Below, one piece after another: positions 24,673 to 32,000 of a stretch of DNA of 32,000 nucleotides. The DNA is from Delftia acidovorans NBRC 14950 (lineage in GTDB: Bacteria > Pseudomonadota > Gammaproteobacteria > Burkholderiales > Burkholderiaceae_C). The notes beneath the pieces are model-generated. The model ran no database searches, was not told the DNA's origin, and saw only the letters and a program-made list of their open reading frames with translations. The position numbers were made by a program, and so were the translations under genes. The first letter of the stretch is position 1. Every line of letters starts with the position of its first letter. The stretch spans positions 60,001 through 92,000 of the forward strand of contig NZ_BCZP01000021.1 in NCBI RefSeq assembly GCF_001598795.1, written 5' to 3'.

Positions 24673-25842
24673 TCAGGGCGCTGGTGGAAACAGCAGGGGC
24701 CGCGCGGCCAGGGACGGCAGCACGCAAGCCACATCATGGGCGCAGTCCGGCACCACGACGAAGCGGCGTGGCCGCTGCGGCGCCAGCAGCTCGCGCTCGT
24801 AGGCCGCGAAGGCGTGGCCTCGCTGCAGCCGGAACGGGCCTTGCAGCATGGCGGCACAGGACTTGTCGAGGATGGGATAGAACGCGCCCTTGTCCGCGCT
24901 GCTGTCCAGGGCGCCTTCCAGGTAGTCGATCTGCGCGGCCGCATAGCGGGCCCGCGCGGCAGCCGCATCGCGCCCCAGGTGGCCGGGCAGGTCCTGCAGG
25001 CCGTACTTCCAGCGGTCATGGCCCGGGCAGGCGCTGGCGGCGGGCGGCGCATGGAAGACATAGCTGCACGCCCCCGGAAACGCCGCGCCTGTGCCGCAGG
25101 CTGCCCAGTCGGTGCTCTGCCCGGCCATCTGCGGCTGTGGCCGCACGGGATCGAAGTACAGCCAGGTACCCGGGTCGGCGATCACGTAGCGCAAGGTGAC
25201 TGTGCCCGGCGCGTCGGCAGCAAAGGCCACGCTGTGCTGCAGCATCTGCGCCCCTGCCGAAAACCCCGCCAGGGTCACGCTGCGCAGGCCGGGCCAGCGC
25301 TGCACGAGCTCGGCCACCAGCGCATCCAGCGCGGCGAAAGAACCTATCGGATGCGGCCCCAGCGAGGGCTCGCCGGCCAGCCAGCCCGCGCAGGTCCATA
25401 CCGCGTCTGCGTTCCCGGCTGCGGGCACGCCACGGCTGTGGCAATGCGCAGCCTGGTCCTCGGGCACCTGGTACAGCGGGGCGATGACCAGGGTGTCCTG
25501 CAGCCGCTGCGCGCCTTCGGCGGCCCGCAGGCCGGCCTCGAAGCTGCGGTTGGCATCGCGCGGATGCCCGTGCATCACCACCAGCGCGGACCGGGGCATG
25601 GCGCCGTTGCTGGCGCCCGGCGCCTGCGATGCGTAGTAGCGCATGCGCCCCGCGTTGCCGGGCAGGTTGAAGGATTGCAGGCAGGCGGTGTCGGCCCGGT
25701 GCCTGCAAACGGAAGCATCGGCGGAAGCATCGGCGGACACAGCCGCGGGGACAGGTTCGGGAGCTGTCGCTTGCGCCAGCGCCTCGACCGAGATCGCCAG
25801 AAACAGCAAAAGCAGGGGGCGCAGAGGACGGATGGACGGCAT
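24673..25842 (-). CDS. Secreted alpha/beta-fold hydrolase (putative esterase)
   Basis: The signal peptide is MPSIRPLRPLLLLFLAISVEALAQA. The nucleophile elbow is GFSAG (LAGFSAGAQM), with VVMHGHPRD upstream. The track ORF starts further upstream, but the ATG at 25842 gives a canonical signal peptide. Confidence 0.7.
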   Translation of the reverse strand: MPSIRPLRPLLLLFLAISVEALAQATAPEPVPAAVSADASADASVCRHRADTACLQSFNLPGNAGRMRYYASQAPGASNGAMPRSALVVMHGHPRDANRSFEAGLRAAEGAQRLQDTLVIAPLYQVPEDQAAHCHSRGVPAAGNADAVWTCAGWLAGEPSLGPHPIGSFAALDALVAELVQRWPGLRSVTLAGFSAGAQMLQHSVAFAADAPGTVTLRYVIADPGTWLYFDPVRPQPQMAGQSTDWAACGTGAAFPGACSYVFHAPPAASACPGHDRWKYGLQDLPGHLGRDAAAARARYAAAQIDYLEGALDSSADKGAFYPILDKSCAAMLQGPFRLQRGHAFAAYERELLAPQRPRRFVVVPDCAHDVACVLPSLAARPLLFPPAP

Positions 25843-25942
25843 TTGCGGGACGTCATTCGCAGGGGTGGGTCGGCCTGCTAGTATGCGGGCGGCCGCAAGC
25901 CATGGCCTGGCTTGTTTCTCAAGACCCACTCCCTTGTCGCAT

Positions 25943-26269
25943 ATGCCACTTCTGCCGCGTTTCAGCCTTGTCCTTGCCTGTCTCGCACTGCCGGCCTTCG
26001 TTCACGCCGCAGACTTCGACAAGAAAAACTGCACCTACAAAGGCATCCGCCTCTACGGCAAGGTCCAGATCGTGCACTCCTTTCCCGACATCAAGGTCCA
26101 GGCCACCAGCTCTTTCCCGGACCTCAAGGTCAAGGTGGTGGACTCCTTTGCAGACAGTTGCGGAGAGTGGAAGATCGTCACCTCCTTCCCCGACTTCAAG
26201 GTCCAGATGGTCAGTTCCTTCCCGGACCTGAAAGTCGACATGGGCAGCTCGTCGCCCGGCGTGCGATAG
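25943..26269 (+). CDS. Small secreted protein made of tandem SFPD[ILF]KV repeats (108 aa)
   Basis: The signal peptide is MPLLPRFSLVLACLALPAFVHA|ADF. It is followed by KVQIVHSFPDI-KVQATSSFPDL-KVKVVDSFADSCGEW-KIVTSFPDF-KVQMVSSFPDL-KVDMGSSSPG. Confidence 0.75.
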   Translation: MPLLPRFSLVLACLALPAFVHAADFDKKNCTYKGIRLYGKVQIVHSFPDIKVQATSSFPDLKVKVVDSFADSCGEWKIVTSFPDFKVQMVSSFPDLKVDMGSSSPGVR

Positions 26270-26307
26270 CCGCCTGGCGCTGTCCAGCATTGCCCCATCG
26301 CAGCACC

Positions 26308-27273
26308 GTGACCTCCTCCACACCCGACGAATTCGAAGCCCTGCACGACCAGGCCTATGCCGACATGGGATGCGGCGCGCTGGCCGAGGCCGCCCAGGCC
26401 TTCGAGGCGCTGGCAGCCCACATGCCGGACAACCGCCACTACCACTACATGCTGGGGCTTGCGCGCAAGTACCAGCGCGATTGGCAGCCATCGCTGGAGC
26501 ACAACCTGCGCGCCATTGCACTGGCGGGCGAAGACGACGAAGCCAGCCTCTGGAATGGCGCCATCGCGGCCACGGCGCTGTCCGACTGGACCACGGCGCG
26601 CAGGCTGTGGAAGGCCTGCGGCATCCAGGTGCCTGGCGAGCAGGGCCCCATCGAGGGTGACTACGGCGTGGCCGTGGTGCGCCTGCACCCCTGGCAGGGC
26701 GGCGAGACCGTGTTCATGCGCCGCATCGACCCCGTGCGCGCCCAGTTGCTCAACGTGCCGCTGCCCGAAAGCGGCCATCGTTTCGGCGACATCGTGCTGC
26801 ACGACGGCGCCTCCACCGGCCAACGGTTCAACGGCCAGCGCGAAGTGCCGGTCTTCAACGAGCTGCAGCGGCTGGCGCCCTCGGCATTCCAGACCTTCGT
26901 GGTCTTCATCACCTGCGCCAATGCGCAGGACTTGCAGGAATTGCTGGGTACCGAAGCCCCGGGCATCGGCTATGCCGAGGACTGGACGGCCAGCATCCGC
27001 CACTACTGCATGCGCTGCAGCTATGGCACGCCCCACCAGCATGCCGAGGCAGCTTCGCCACCCGAGGGTGAACCGTCCTGGCAGACCGATCGCAACCTGG
27101 GCATCGCCGCAGTGGACCGCGCCGCCGTCGATGCCTTGCTCAACGCATGGCAAGCCGGTGGCGCCGGGCGCCGTATCGACGCAGTGCAGACCCGCGAACT
27201 GCCCGTGCCCGACGAGGAAGAAAGCTGGGCCTGGTGGGTAGGGCCCGAGGGCGCGGAGGATGAGGCGCCGTAG
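26308..27273 (+). CDS. Hypothetical protein (about 321 aa) with a TPR-like helical N-terminus
   Basis: The long frame has high GC3. The start is uncertain: GTG at 26308 or ATG at 26365. There is a Cys pair (YCMRCSYG) and an acidic C-terminus. No family was recognised. Confidence 0.6.
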   Translation: MTSSTPDEFEALHDQAYADMGCGALAEAAQAFEALAAHMPDNRHYHYMLGLARKYQRDWQPSLEHNLRAIALAGEDDEASLWNGAIAATALSDWTTARRLWKACGIQVPGEQGPIEGDYGVAVVRLHPWQGGETVFMRRIDPVRAQLLNVPLPESGHRFGDIVLHDGASTGQRFNGQREVPVFNELQRLAPSAFQTFVVFITCANAQDLQELLGTEAPGIGYAEDWTASIRHYCMRCSYGTPHQHAEAASPPEGEPSWQTDRNLGIAAVDRAAVDALLNAWQAGGAGRRIDAVQTRELPVPDEEESWAWWVGPEGAEDEAP

Positions 27274-27306
27274 CTGAGCAATGCGAGCGAGCATGGCCCG
27301 CATCGA

Positions 27307-27801
27307 TCACCGACCCTGTGCGCTGGCCCCCTCAAGTCCGGGCGCGTGAAGCCGGACCCTGAAGCCTTCCGACACGCTGTAGCGAGGGATGCCGTGCCCC
27401 TCATACCGCCGCATCAGGCCAAGAAAGCGGTGCTTGAGCTGCATGGCCGCGCTGAACTCTTCCCAGGCGATCAGCGCACAGGGTGAATCGCCGTAGGTAC
27501 TGCAGATGCGCACCTGGCGCTGGTCCTGCTCCATCTGCGCCCAGCCGTCCTCACGCAGGCTGACGGCGCGCACCTGAGGATTGCGCAGATCCAGAAGCGC
27601 GGCGAGATAGGGCAGGTCCAGGTCGTTGAGCCAGTGGTAGTTGAAGAAGTGGTGCATCACGTCCAGTGCATCGGGCGAGCCCCTGGCTTCGAGATCCATG
27701 TGCATCCGTGCGATGCAATTGCAGACGCTCATGCCCCGCACGCGCACGGCGCTCAGCTGGATGTCTTCGGTGGTGTTCTCGCAAGAGAGGGTGTGCAGCA
27801 T
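27307..27801 (-). CDS. Hypothetical protein (about 164 aa)
   Basis: GC3 is high from the ATG at 27801 (MLHTLSCENTTEDIQLSAVRV...). The track ORF extends to 28221, but that part overlaps the divergent gene and its upstream region and is low-complexity. No family was recognised. Confidence 0.5.
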   Translation of the reverse strand: MLHTLSCENTTEDIQLSAVRVRGMSVCNCIARMHMDLEARGSPDALDVMHHFFNYHWLNDLDLPYLAALLDLRNPQVRAVSLREDGWAQMEQDQRQVRICSTYGDSPCALIAWEEFSAAMQLKHRFLGLMRRYEGHGIPRYSVSEGFRVRLHAPGLEGASAQGR

Positions 27802-27982
27802 GCTGTCTGGTGAGGTGGGACGGATACGGTGCTTGCCAATGTAGCGTGCGCGGCCCCGGATGGACGATGGACTTGCTTGATCCGCGACGGATTGGCCTTG
27901 GCCGTGCGTTGAAGTGATGTGGCAAGCCGGCATCGGCTTTCTGCAAGCAACGTCCGTCCACATCCTTTCAAGAAGAAACACC

Positions 27983-28312
27983 ATGTCCCTGCGCAAAGCC
28001 TTCATGCTCGTCATTGCCACTGCTTCGTTGGCCGGCCTCGGCAGCGCCGCATCCGCCGCCACCTGGGACCAGGCCCATCCGCGCCGTGCCGAGGTCAACG
28101 GCCGCCTGGCCAACCAGGACCGCCGTATCCACAACGAAGTGCGCAAGGGCGAGATCAGCCATGGCCAGGCGGCTGCGCTGCACCAGCAGGACCACAGGAT
28201 CCGCCAGGAAGAACGCCTCATGGCCAGCCAGAACGGCGGTCATATCACGCGCAGCGAGCAGCATGTGCTGAATCAGCAGGAGAACCAGGTCAGCCGTGAG
28301 ATCGGCCACTGA
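27983..28312 (+). CDS. Small secreted helical protein (109 aa), Gln/Arg/His-rich
   Basis: The signal peptide is MSLRKAFMLVIATASLAGLGSAASA|ATW. The mature part has repeated polar heptad-like segments (RLANQDRRIHNEVRKGEIS / LHQQDHRIRQEERLMAS / LNQQENQVSREIG). A terminator follows. Confidence 0.65.
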   Translation: MSLRKAFMLVIATASLAGLGSAASAATWDQAHPRRAEVNGRLANQDRRIHNEVRKGEISHGQAAALHQQDHRIRQEERLMASQNGGHITRSEQHVLNQQENQVSREIGH

Positions 28313-28388
28313 GCAGGCGCTGAGCGGCCACTGAGCAGCCACTGCGCGGCCGCCGGTCAGATATCGCCAGATCTTGCGCACATGACAC

Positions 28389-28424
28389 AAGGGCCGGCCG
28401 CCTTGAGGCGCCGGCCCTTTTTCA
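28389..28424 (+). terminator. Intrinsic terminator
   Basis: The GC-rich stem is AAGGGCCGGC (28389-28398) / GCCGGCCCTT (28410-28419), with extra inner pairing, and is followed by TTTTT. Confidence 0.6.
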
Positions 28425-28444
28425 TGTTGGCGTGGGGCCCGCGT

Positions 28445-29668
28445 TCAGGCTCTCAGCAATGGCGGCAGCGACCGCGCCGGGGCACCGCCTGGCAGGACAT
28501 GGCCTTGGGGGAACAGGTTGCGCGCCAGCCGCTGCGGGTCGATGCCGAAGCATTCGCCGGCTGCCGAGGCAATCAGCGCATCGACGCTGGTGGTCGGTTT
28601 CAGGTCCCGGTTCTCCAATAGCTGGCCGGGCTGCAGGCCAGGCCAGTCGGCCAGCACGCGGCCGCCCTGAACCGCGCCGCCCATCAGCATGGCGACGGCG
28701 CCTGTTCCGTGGTCGGTGCCACCGGTGCCGTTGGCCGCAGCCGTGCGGCCGAACTCGGTGGCCACCAGCACCACGGTCTGCGACCAGGCATCGCCGAGGC
28801 CGTCATGCAGCGCCGCAATCAGTGCATCGAGGTTCTTGAGCTGGGCTGCCAGCCGATTGTTTTGTGCACTGTGCGTGTCCCAGCCGCCGGTTTCGATCAT
28901 GGCGATGCGCAGCCCGTCCTGGCGGGCAAGAAAGCCGGCTGCCAGCTTGCCCAGGCTGGCGCCATCCAGGCGCGGCCGGTTGTTGCCACCGTCCATGGCC
29001 ACGCCGCGCGTGTCCATGGCGGAAGTCCAGAGAGCATGCAGCTGCGCATCGCCCTCGTAGAGCCTGGCCACGCGCAGCAGCAGGTCGTCACTGGCCTGGG
29101 GCAGGGAGGAAGGCGCGTAGGAGGCCACTTGCGCCGGCCCGCGCAGCGCCATGGGCACGGTGGGCGCGAAGGCAATGGCCTCTTCCCGGTGCGGCAACTG
29201 GGCGACCAGGCGGTTGAGCCAGCCGTCCTTGACCTGGTAGGGCGCGCTGCCTCCGGTTTCCAGCACGTTCTGGCCGTCGAAATGCGAGCGGTCACTGTAG
29301 GGCGATGCGACCGCGTGCACGAACAGCGCCTGGCCCTGGGCGTAGAGCCTGCCGGTCTCGGCCAATGAGGGATGCAGCGCGAACATGCCGTCCAGCCGCG
29401 TGGCCGCAGCCGTGTCCACGGCGATGGCGCCGCGCAGCCGGGCGTAGCCGGGGTCGGCATAGGGAATCAGGGTCTCCAGCCCGTCGGCCGCGCCGCGCTG
29501 GATGATGAATACGAAGCGGCGCTCGGTGGCTGCACGCGCCAGCGCCAGGTGGGGCGCGGCCAGTGCCAGCCCGGTGCCTGCGGCCAGCAGGCCCAGGAAA
29601 TGTCGGCGATTGCGCCTGGCCATCGTGCTGGGCGCGATGTTCGTGGCGGTCGTATGGATCGTGGTCAT
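28445..29668 (-). CDS. DUF1501 family protein (Tat-exported, sulfatase/alkaline-phosphatase-like fold)
   Basis: It has the twin-arginine signal MARRNRRHFLGLLAAGTGLALA and the motifs GGWDTH and GTDHG. AGGTGA lies upstream of the ATG at 29668. Confidence 0.85.
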   Translation of the reverse strand: MTTIHTTATNIAPSTMARRNRRHFLGLLAAGTGLALAAPHLALARAATERRFVFIIQRGAADGLETLIPYADPGYARLRGAIAVDTAAATRLDGMFALHPSLAETGRLYAQGQALFVHAVASPYSDRSHFDGQNVLETGGSAPYQVKDGWLNRLVAQLPHREEAIAFAPTVPMALRGPAQVASYAPSSLPQASDDLLLRVARLYEGDAQLHALWTSAMDTRGVAMDGGNNRPRLDGASLGKLAAGFLARQDGLRIAMIETGGWDTHSAQNNRLAAQLKNLDALIAALHDGLGDAWSQTVVLVATEFGRTAAANGTGGTDHGTGAVAMLMGGAVQGGRVLADWPGLQPGQLLENRDLKPTTSVDALIASAAGECFGIDPQRLARNLFPQGHVLPGGAPARSLPPLLRA

Positions 29669-29673
29669 GGTGT

Positions 29674-31044
29674 TCACCTGCGCAGGAAGTCGGGCGAGAC
29701 CAGCAGCAGCGCGAGTGCGCCGCTGCCGCTTTCGGATCGGGCAATGGCCTCGGCCGTGCCCGCGCCCAGTGCATCGCCGGGCAGCAATCGGGGTGCCAGC
29801 GCGCGCGCATCGACGCTGTTGCCGGCCTGGGCTGCGAGCCGCTGCGCCAGCTCGACACGGCGCACCAGCGCATCGGGCGCAGCCCAGCTGGCGGCGATGT
29901 CGTCGTAGCCGGCCGGCGAGCCGGGGCGCCACACCGGCTGGCCGAGCTGGTTGAGCAGGCCGGCGGCCTGAGCACCCTTCAACTCGCGCCGGCCCAGTGC
30001 ACGCATTGAGGAGACGGCCCATTCCCAGGGGGTCTTGAACTTCGTGGCTGGTGCGGCCCAGGGTTCTGGCGAATCGATCAGCGTGCGGTAGACGGCTGGC
30101 AGGTCCCCGCCGCTGCGCTGGTAGGCGGCCGCAAGGCGCTGCACCAGCGCGGGCGGCGGATCGTCGGCGACGAAGTGCCGTGCCAGCTTGGTCGCGACAT
30201 GGAGCGCGGTAGCGGGGGAGGCCGCCAGGTCGCGCAGGATGGCCAGCGCCTGCTCCTGCCCGCCTGCGGCATAGCTGCGGCCCAGCAGGCGGCGCGGTCC
30301 GGGCTCGTGCAATGCAGGTCGGTACTGGAAACCGGCGCTGGCGGCCGGGCTGCCTGCGTCATTGCCCAGGCTCCAGCCGGTGAGCGCGCGGGCGAACTCG
30401 GTCACGTCCTGCTGGGTGTAGCCGCTGCGCACGCCCAGGGTGTGCAGCTCCATGATTTCCCGCGCCAGGTTTTCGTTCAGGCCGCGTGTCTTGTCCGGGT
30501 TGCGCCGGGCGGCGCGCTGTGCAGCGGGGCTGGCGGGTCCCACCGACTGGGCCTGGTCCAGATAGACCAGCATGGCCGGGTGGCGCACGGCGGCAAGCAG
30601 CAGGTCCTCGAATCGGCCCAGCACGTGCGGGCGTATGGCCTCGGCCTCGTAGGCGCCGGCCAGGTCGAGCACCACGGGCTTTTCCACCGAGACCGCGAAG
30701 TGGTTCGACCAGAAATGCACCAGGCGTTCCACAAACGGCGCGGGTGTGTCGATGGCGCTGGCCAGGCGCGCGTTCACTGCGTCCAGGTAGCCGTTGCGTG
30801 CGCCACGGCGCAACTGCTGGCGGGCGGCGGCGCGCTGGTCTTCAGGCAGGCTGCGCAGCTCGCGCTGCCGGGACTGGTAGTCGGACAGCAGCGCGTCCGT
30901 GTCCGCGTGACCGGCCCAGGCAGGGGGCTGTGGCTGGTAGCGCGCGAACTGGTCCAGCAGCCAGCGCTGCGGGTCGGCGGGCAGTGCGTCGTCAGGGCGG
31001 GCACCCAGGCCGAAGCGGTTCAGGGCGATGGCGGCAGAATTCAT
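29674..31044 (-). CDS. DUF1800 family protein
   Basis: It shows LNRFGLGARP, VHFWSNHFAV and NENLAREIMELHTLGV, which is the typical DUF1800 signature. GAGGTG is the SD. It sits 5 nt upstream of its usual DUF1501 partner. Confidence 0.85.
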   Translation of the reverse strand: MNSAAIALNRFGLGARPDDALPADPQRWLLDQFARYQPQPPAWAGHADTDALLSDYQSRQRELRSLPEDQRAAARQQLRRGARNGYLDAVNARLASAIDTPAPFVERLVHFWSNHFAVSVEKPVVLDLAGAYEAEAIRPHVLGRFEDLLLAAVRHPAMLVYLDQAQSVGPASPAAQRAARRNPDKTRGLNENLAREIMELHTLGVRSGYTQQDVTEFARALTGWSLGNDAGSPAASAGFQYRPALHEPGPRRLLGRSYAAGGQEQALAILRDLAASPATALHVATKLARHFVADDPPPALVQRLAAAYQRSGGDLPAVYRTLIDSPEPWAAPATKFKTPWEWAVSSMRALGRRELKGAQAAGLLNQLGQPVWRPGSPAGYDDIAASWAAPDALVRRVELAQRLAAQAGNSVDARALAPRLLPGDALGAGTAEAIARSESGSGALALLLVSPDFLRR

Positions 31045-31063
31045 GGATTCACCTCGAAAAATC

Positions 31064-31090
31064 GCGGGCGTGGCGGGCGTGGCGGGCGTG
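31064..31090. repeat. Perfect 3 x 9 bp tandem repeat (GCGGGCGTG)
   Basis: I read it directly in the 57-bp gap between the sensor gene stop (31102) and the DUF1800 start (31044). Confidence 0.9.
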
Positions 31091-31101
31091 TCCTGTGCTC
31101 C

Positions 31102-31665
31102 TCAGCGCCTGGCCGGGGGTGCGGGCACATGGAAGGGGCCTTGCTGCGCTGCCAGCCCCTGCACCAGTGTCTGTCGCTCGGCCGGCGTGAGCTGGGCCGC
31201 GAAGTCGACCACGTGCGCCTCCACGCGCTCGCGCACCGCCGTGTCGGCGGCCCGGGTGCGTGCCAATGCAGCCTCGACGGCAGCGCGATCGAACTGCGGC
31301 GCAGCCAGCAGTCGAACCACCTCGGCGCGGCCTTCGCGGCTGCCTTGGGTCAGCGCAGCAGCCTCGCGCCGCACTTCACGCAGTCCTGTGCGGAAGGCCT
31401 GGCGCCGCTCGGGCGGCAGGCCGTCTGCGGCAAAGCGCAGTCCGCGCGCAGTGGCCGGGGAGCTGCCTGCCGGTGCTCCGGTGGGTGTTCCTGTCTGCGT
31501 GGATGTGGCTACCGACCTGGCCTCGGCCTGGTGCGCCCACCAGCGCCAGGTGCCACCGGCAATGCCGCCCACCAGAAACAGATTCAGCAGGGCAGAGGCC
31601 CACAGCCAGCGGCGCAGGTGCGTCGTGCGGGGGGCATCGCCGATGGGGGATTCGTTCATCGTCAT
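31102..31665 (-). CDS. Periplasmic heavy-metal-sensor / Spy-CpxP-like (LTXXQ-type) protein with an N-terminal anchor
   Basis: After MTMNESPIG comes the TM helix LWASALLNLFLVGGIAGG, then helical repeats with LPPERRQAF and LTPAERQTL motifs. GAGGA is the SD. The start overlaps the upstream gene stop (ATGA). Confidence 0.65.
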   Translation of the reverse strand: MTMNESPIGDAPRTTHLRRWLWASALLNLFLVGGIAGGTWRWWAHQAEARSVATSTQTGTPTGAPAGSSPATARGLRFAADGLPPERRQAFRTGLREVRREAAALTQGSREGRAEVVRLLAAPQFDRAAVEAALARTRAADTAVRERVEAHVVDFAAQLTPAERQTLVQGLAAQQGPFHVPAPPARR

Positions 31666-32000
31666 TCCTCGCTTCCTTCCACCAAGGCGCCGCCCGTGTC
31701 GAAGGCGGTGCCCGGCCACCAGCCGCCTTCGGACTGTGCCGGCCGGGCCGTGGGCAAGGCCGTGCCTATCAGCAAGGCCACGGCCAGGGCGCCTGCGGCC
31801 ACACCGGCCAGGCCCGCACCGGCGATACTGGCGCCGGACCACCAGCCATGCCAGGGCTTGCGGCCGCTGGCACGCACCGGCCGTGCGGGCGAGGTACCAC
31901 GGGGCTGCGGCCATGCATGCGGCGATGGTTGGCCTGGCGCAGTCGCCATGCCTGGGCGCGCTTGCAAGCCGGCCAGCACTGCGCTTGCCAGCGCTGCGCT
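31662..32000 (-). CDS. Membrane protein, 5'-truncated by the window edge (possibly an anti-sigma-like partner of the sensor)
   Basis: The frame is open to base 32000. It has one TM helix (SIAGAGLAGVAAGALAVALLIG) and is translationally coupled to the downstream sensor gene. The function is a guess from context. Confidence 0.4.
   Translation of the reverse strand, partial: SAALASAVLAGLQARPGMATAPGQPSPHAWPQPRGTSPARPVRASGRKPWHGWWSGASIAGAGLAGVAAGALAVALLIGTALPTARPAQSEGGWWPGTAFDTGGALVEGSEE

Noticed and set aside
24736-27303. Long ORFs antisense to the hydrolase gene (24736-25881, +) and to the orphan gene (26053-27303, -).
   Set aside because: Their composition is typical of shadow frames. The opposite-strand frames have a signal peptide plus a GxSxG elbow, or clearly better GC3 periodicity.
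28303-28337. A direct repeat GGCCACTGAGCAG occurring twice (28303-28315 and 28325-28337) across the stop codon of the small secreted protein gene.
   Set aside because: It is a short 13-nt duplication with no pairing potential or positional logic, and is most likely a slippage remnant. The real terminator hairpin lies further downstream, at 28389-28424.
1-32000. A search for CRISPR arrays, tRNA/rRNA genes, integrases, transposases and IS inverted repeats flanking the central locus.
   Set aside because: I found none. The only repeats are the short tandem units at 6781, 20615 and 31064, which lack spacer structure. I cannot exclude small ncRNAs without covariance models.

Overview
This is a high-GC (roughly 65-70% by eye) chromosomal window that looks betaproteobacterial, possibly Comamonadaceae; that assignment is inferred from composition and gene content only. 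I see no rRNA, tRNA, CRISPR array, integrase or transposase. The flanks hold ordinary genes. Left of the central locus are a 5'-truncated fur, a nitroreductase, a SAM methyltransferase, a CNNM/CBS/CorC transporter, azurin with a perfect FNR/ANR box upstream, and an AlaX-type editing protein. Right of it are a PEP-mutase/isocitrate-lyase family enzyme, a secreted alpha/beta hydrolase, a DUF1800/DUF1501 pair and a periplasmic LTXXQ-like sensor module. The centre (8127..23840, + strand, about 15.7 kb) is a nine-gene, same-strand locus. It starts with three tandem paralogous ~980-1000 aa proteins that have a conserved C-terminal module I recognise as DUF4132/YehI/MolR-like. These are followed by a translationally coupled five-gene block: a MoxR-type AAA+ ATPase, an ~800 aa YehM-like protein, a VWA/MIDAS protein, a double-SWIM zinc-finger protein and a 104 aa protein. 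This looks like an expanded version of the functionally uncharacterised E. coli yehI/molR-yehLMPQ neighbourhood and is the best candidate for an undescribed system here. All homology calls come from reading motifs in the supplied translations and were not checked against any database. Many very long antisense ORFs in the track are high-GC shadow ORFs, and I rejected them.
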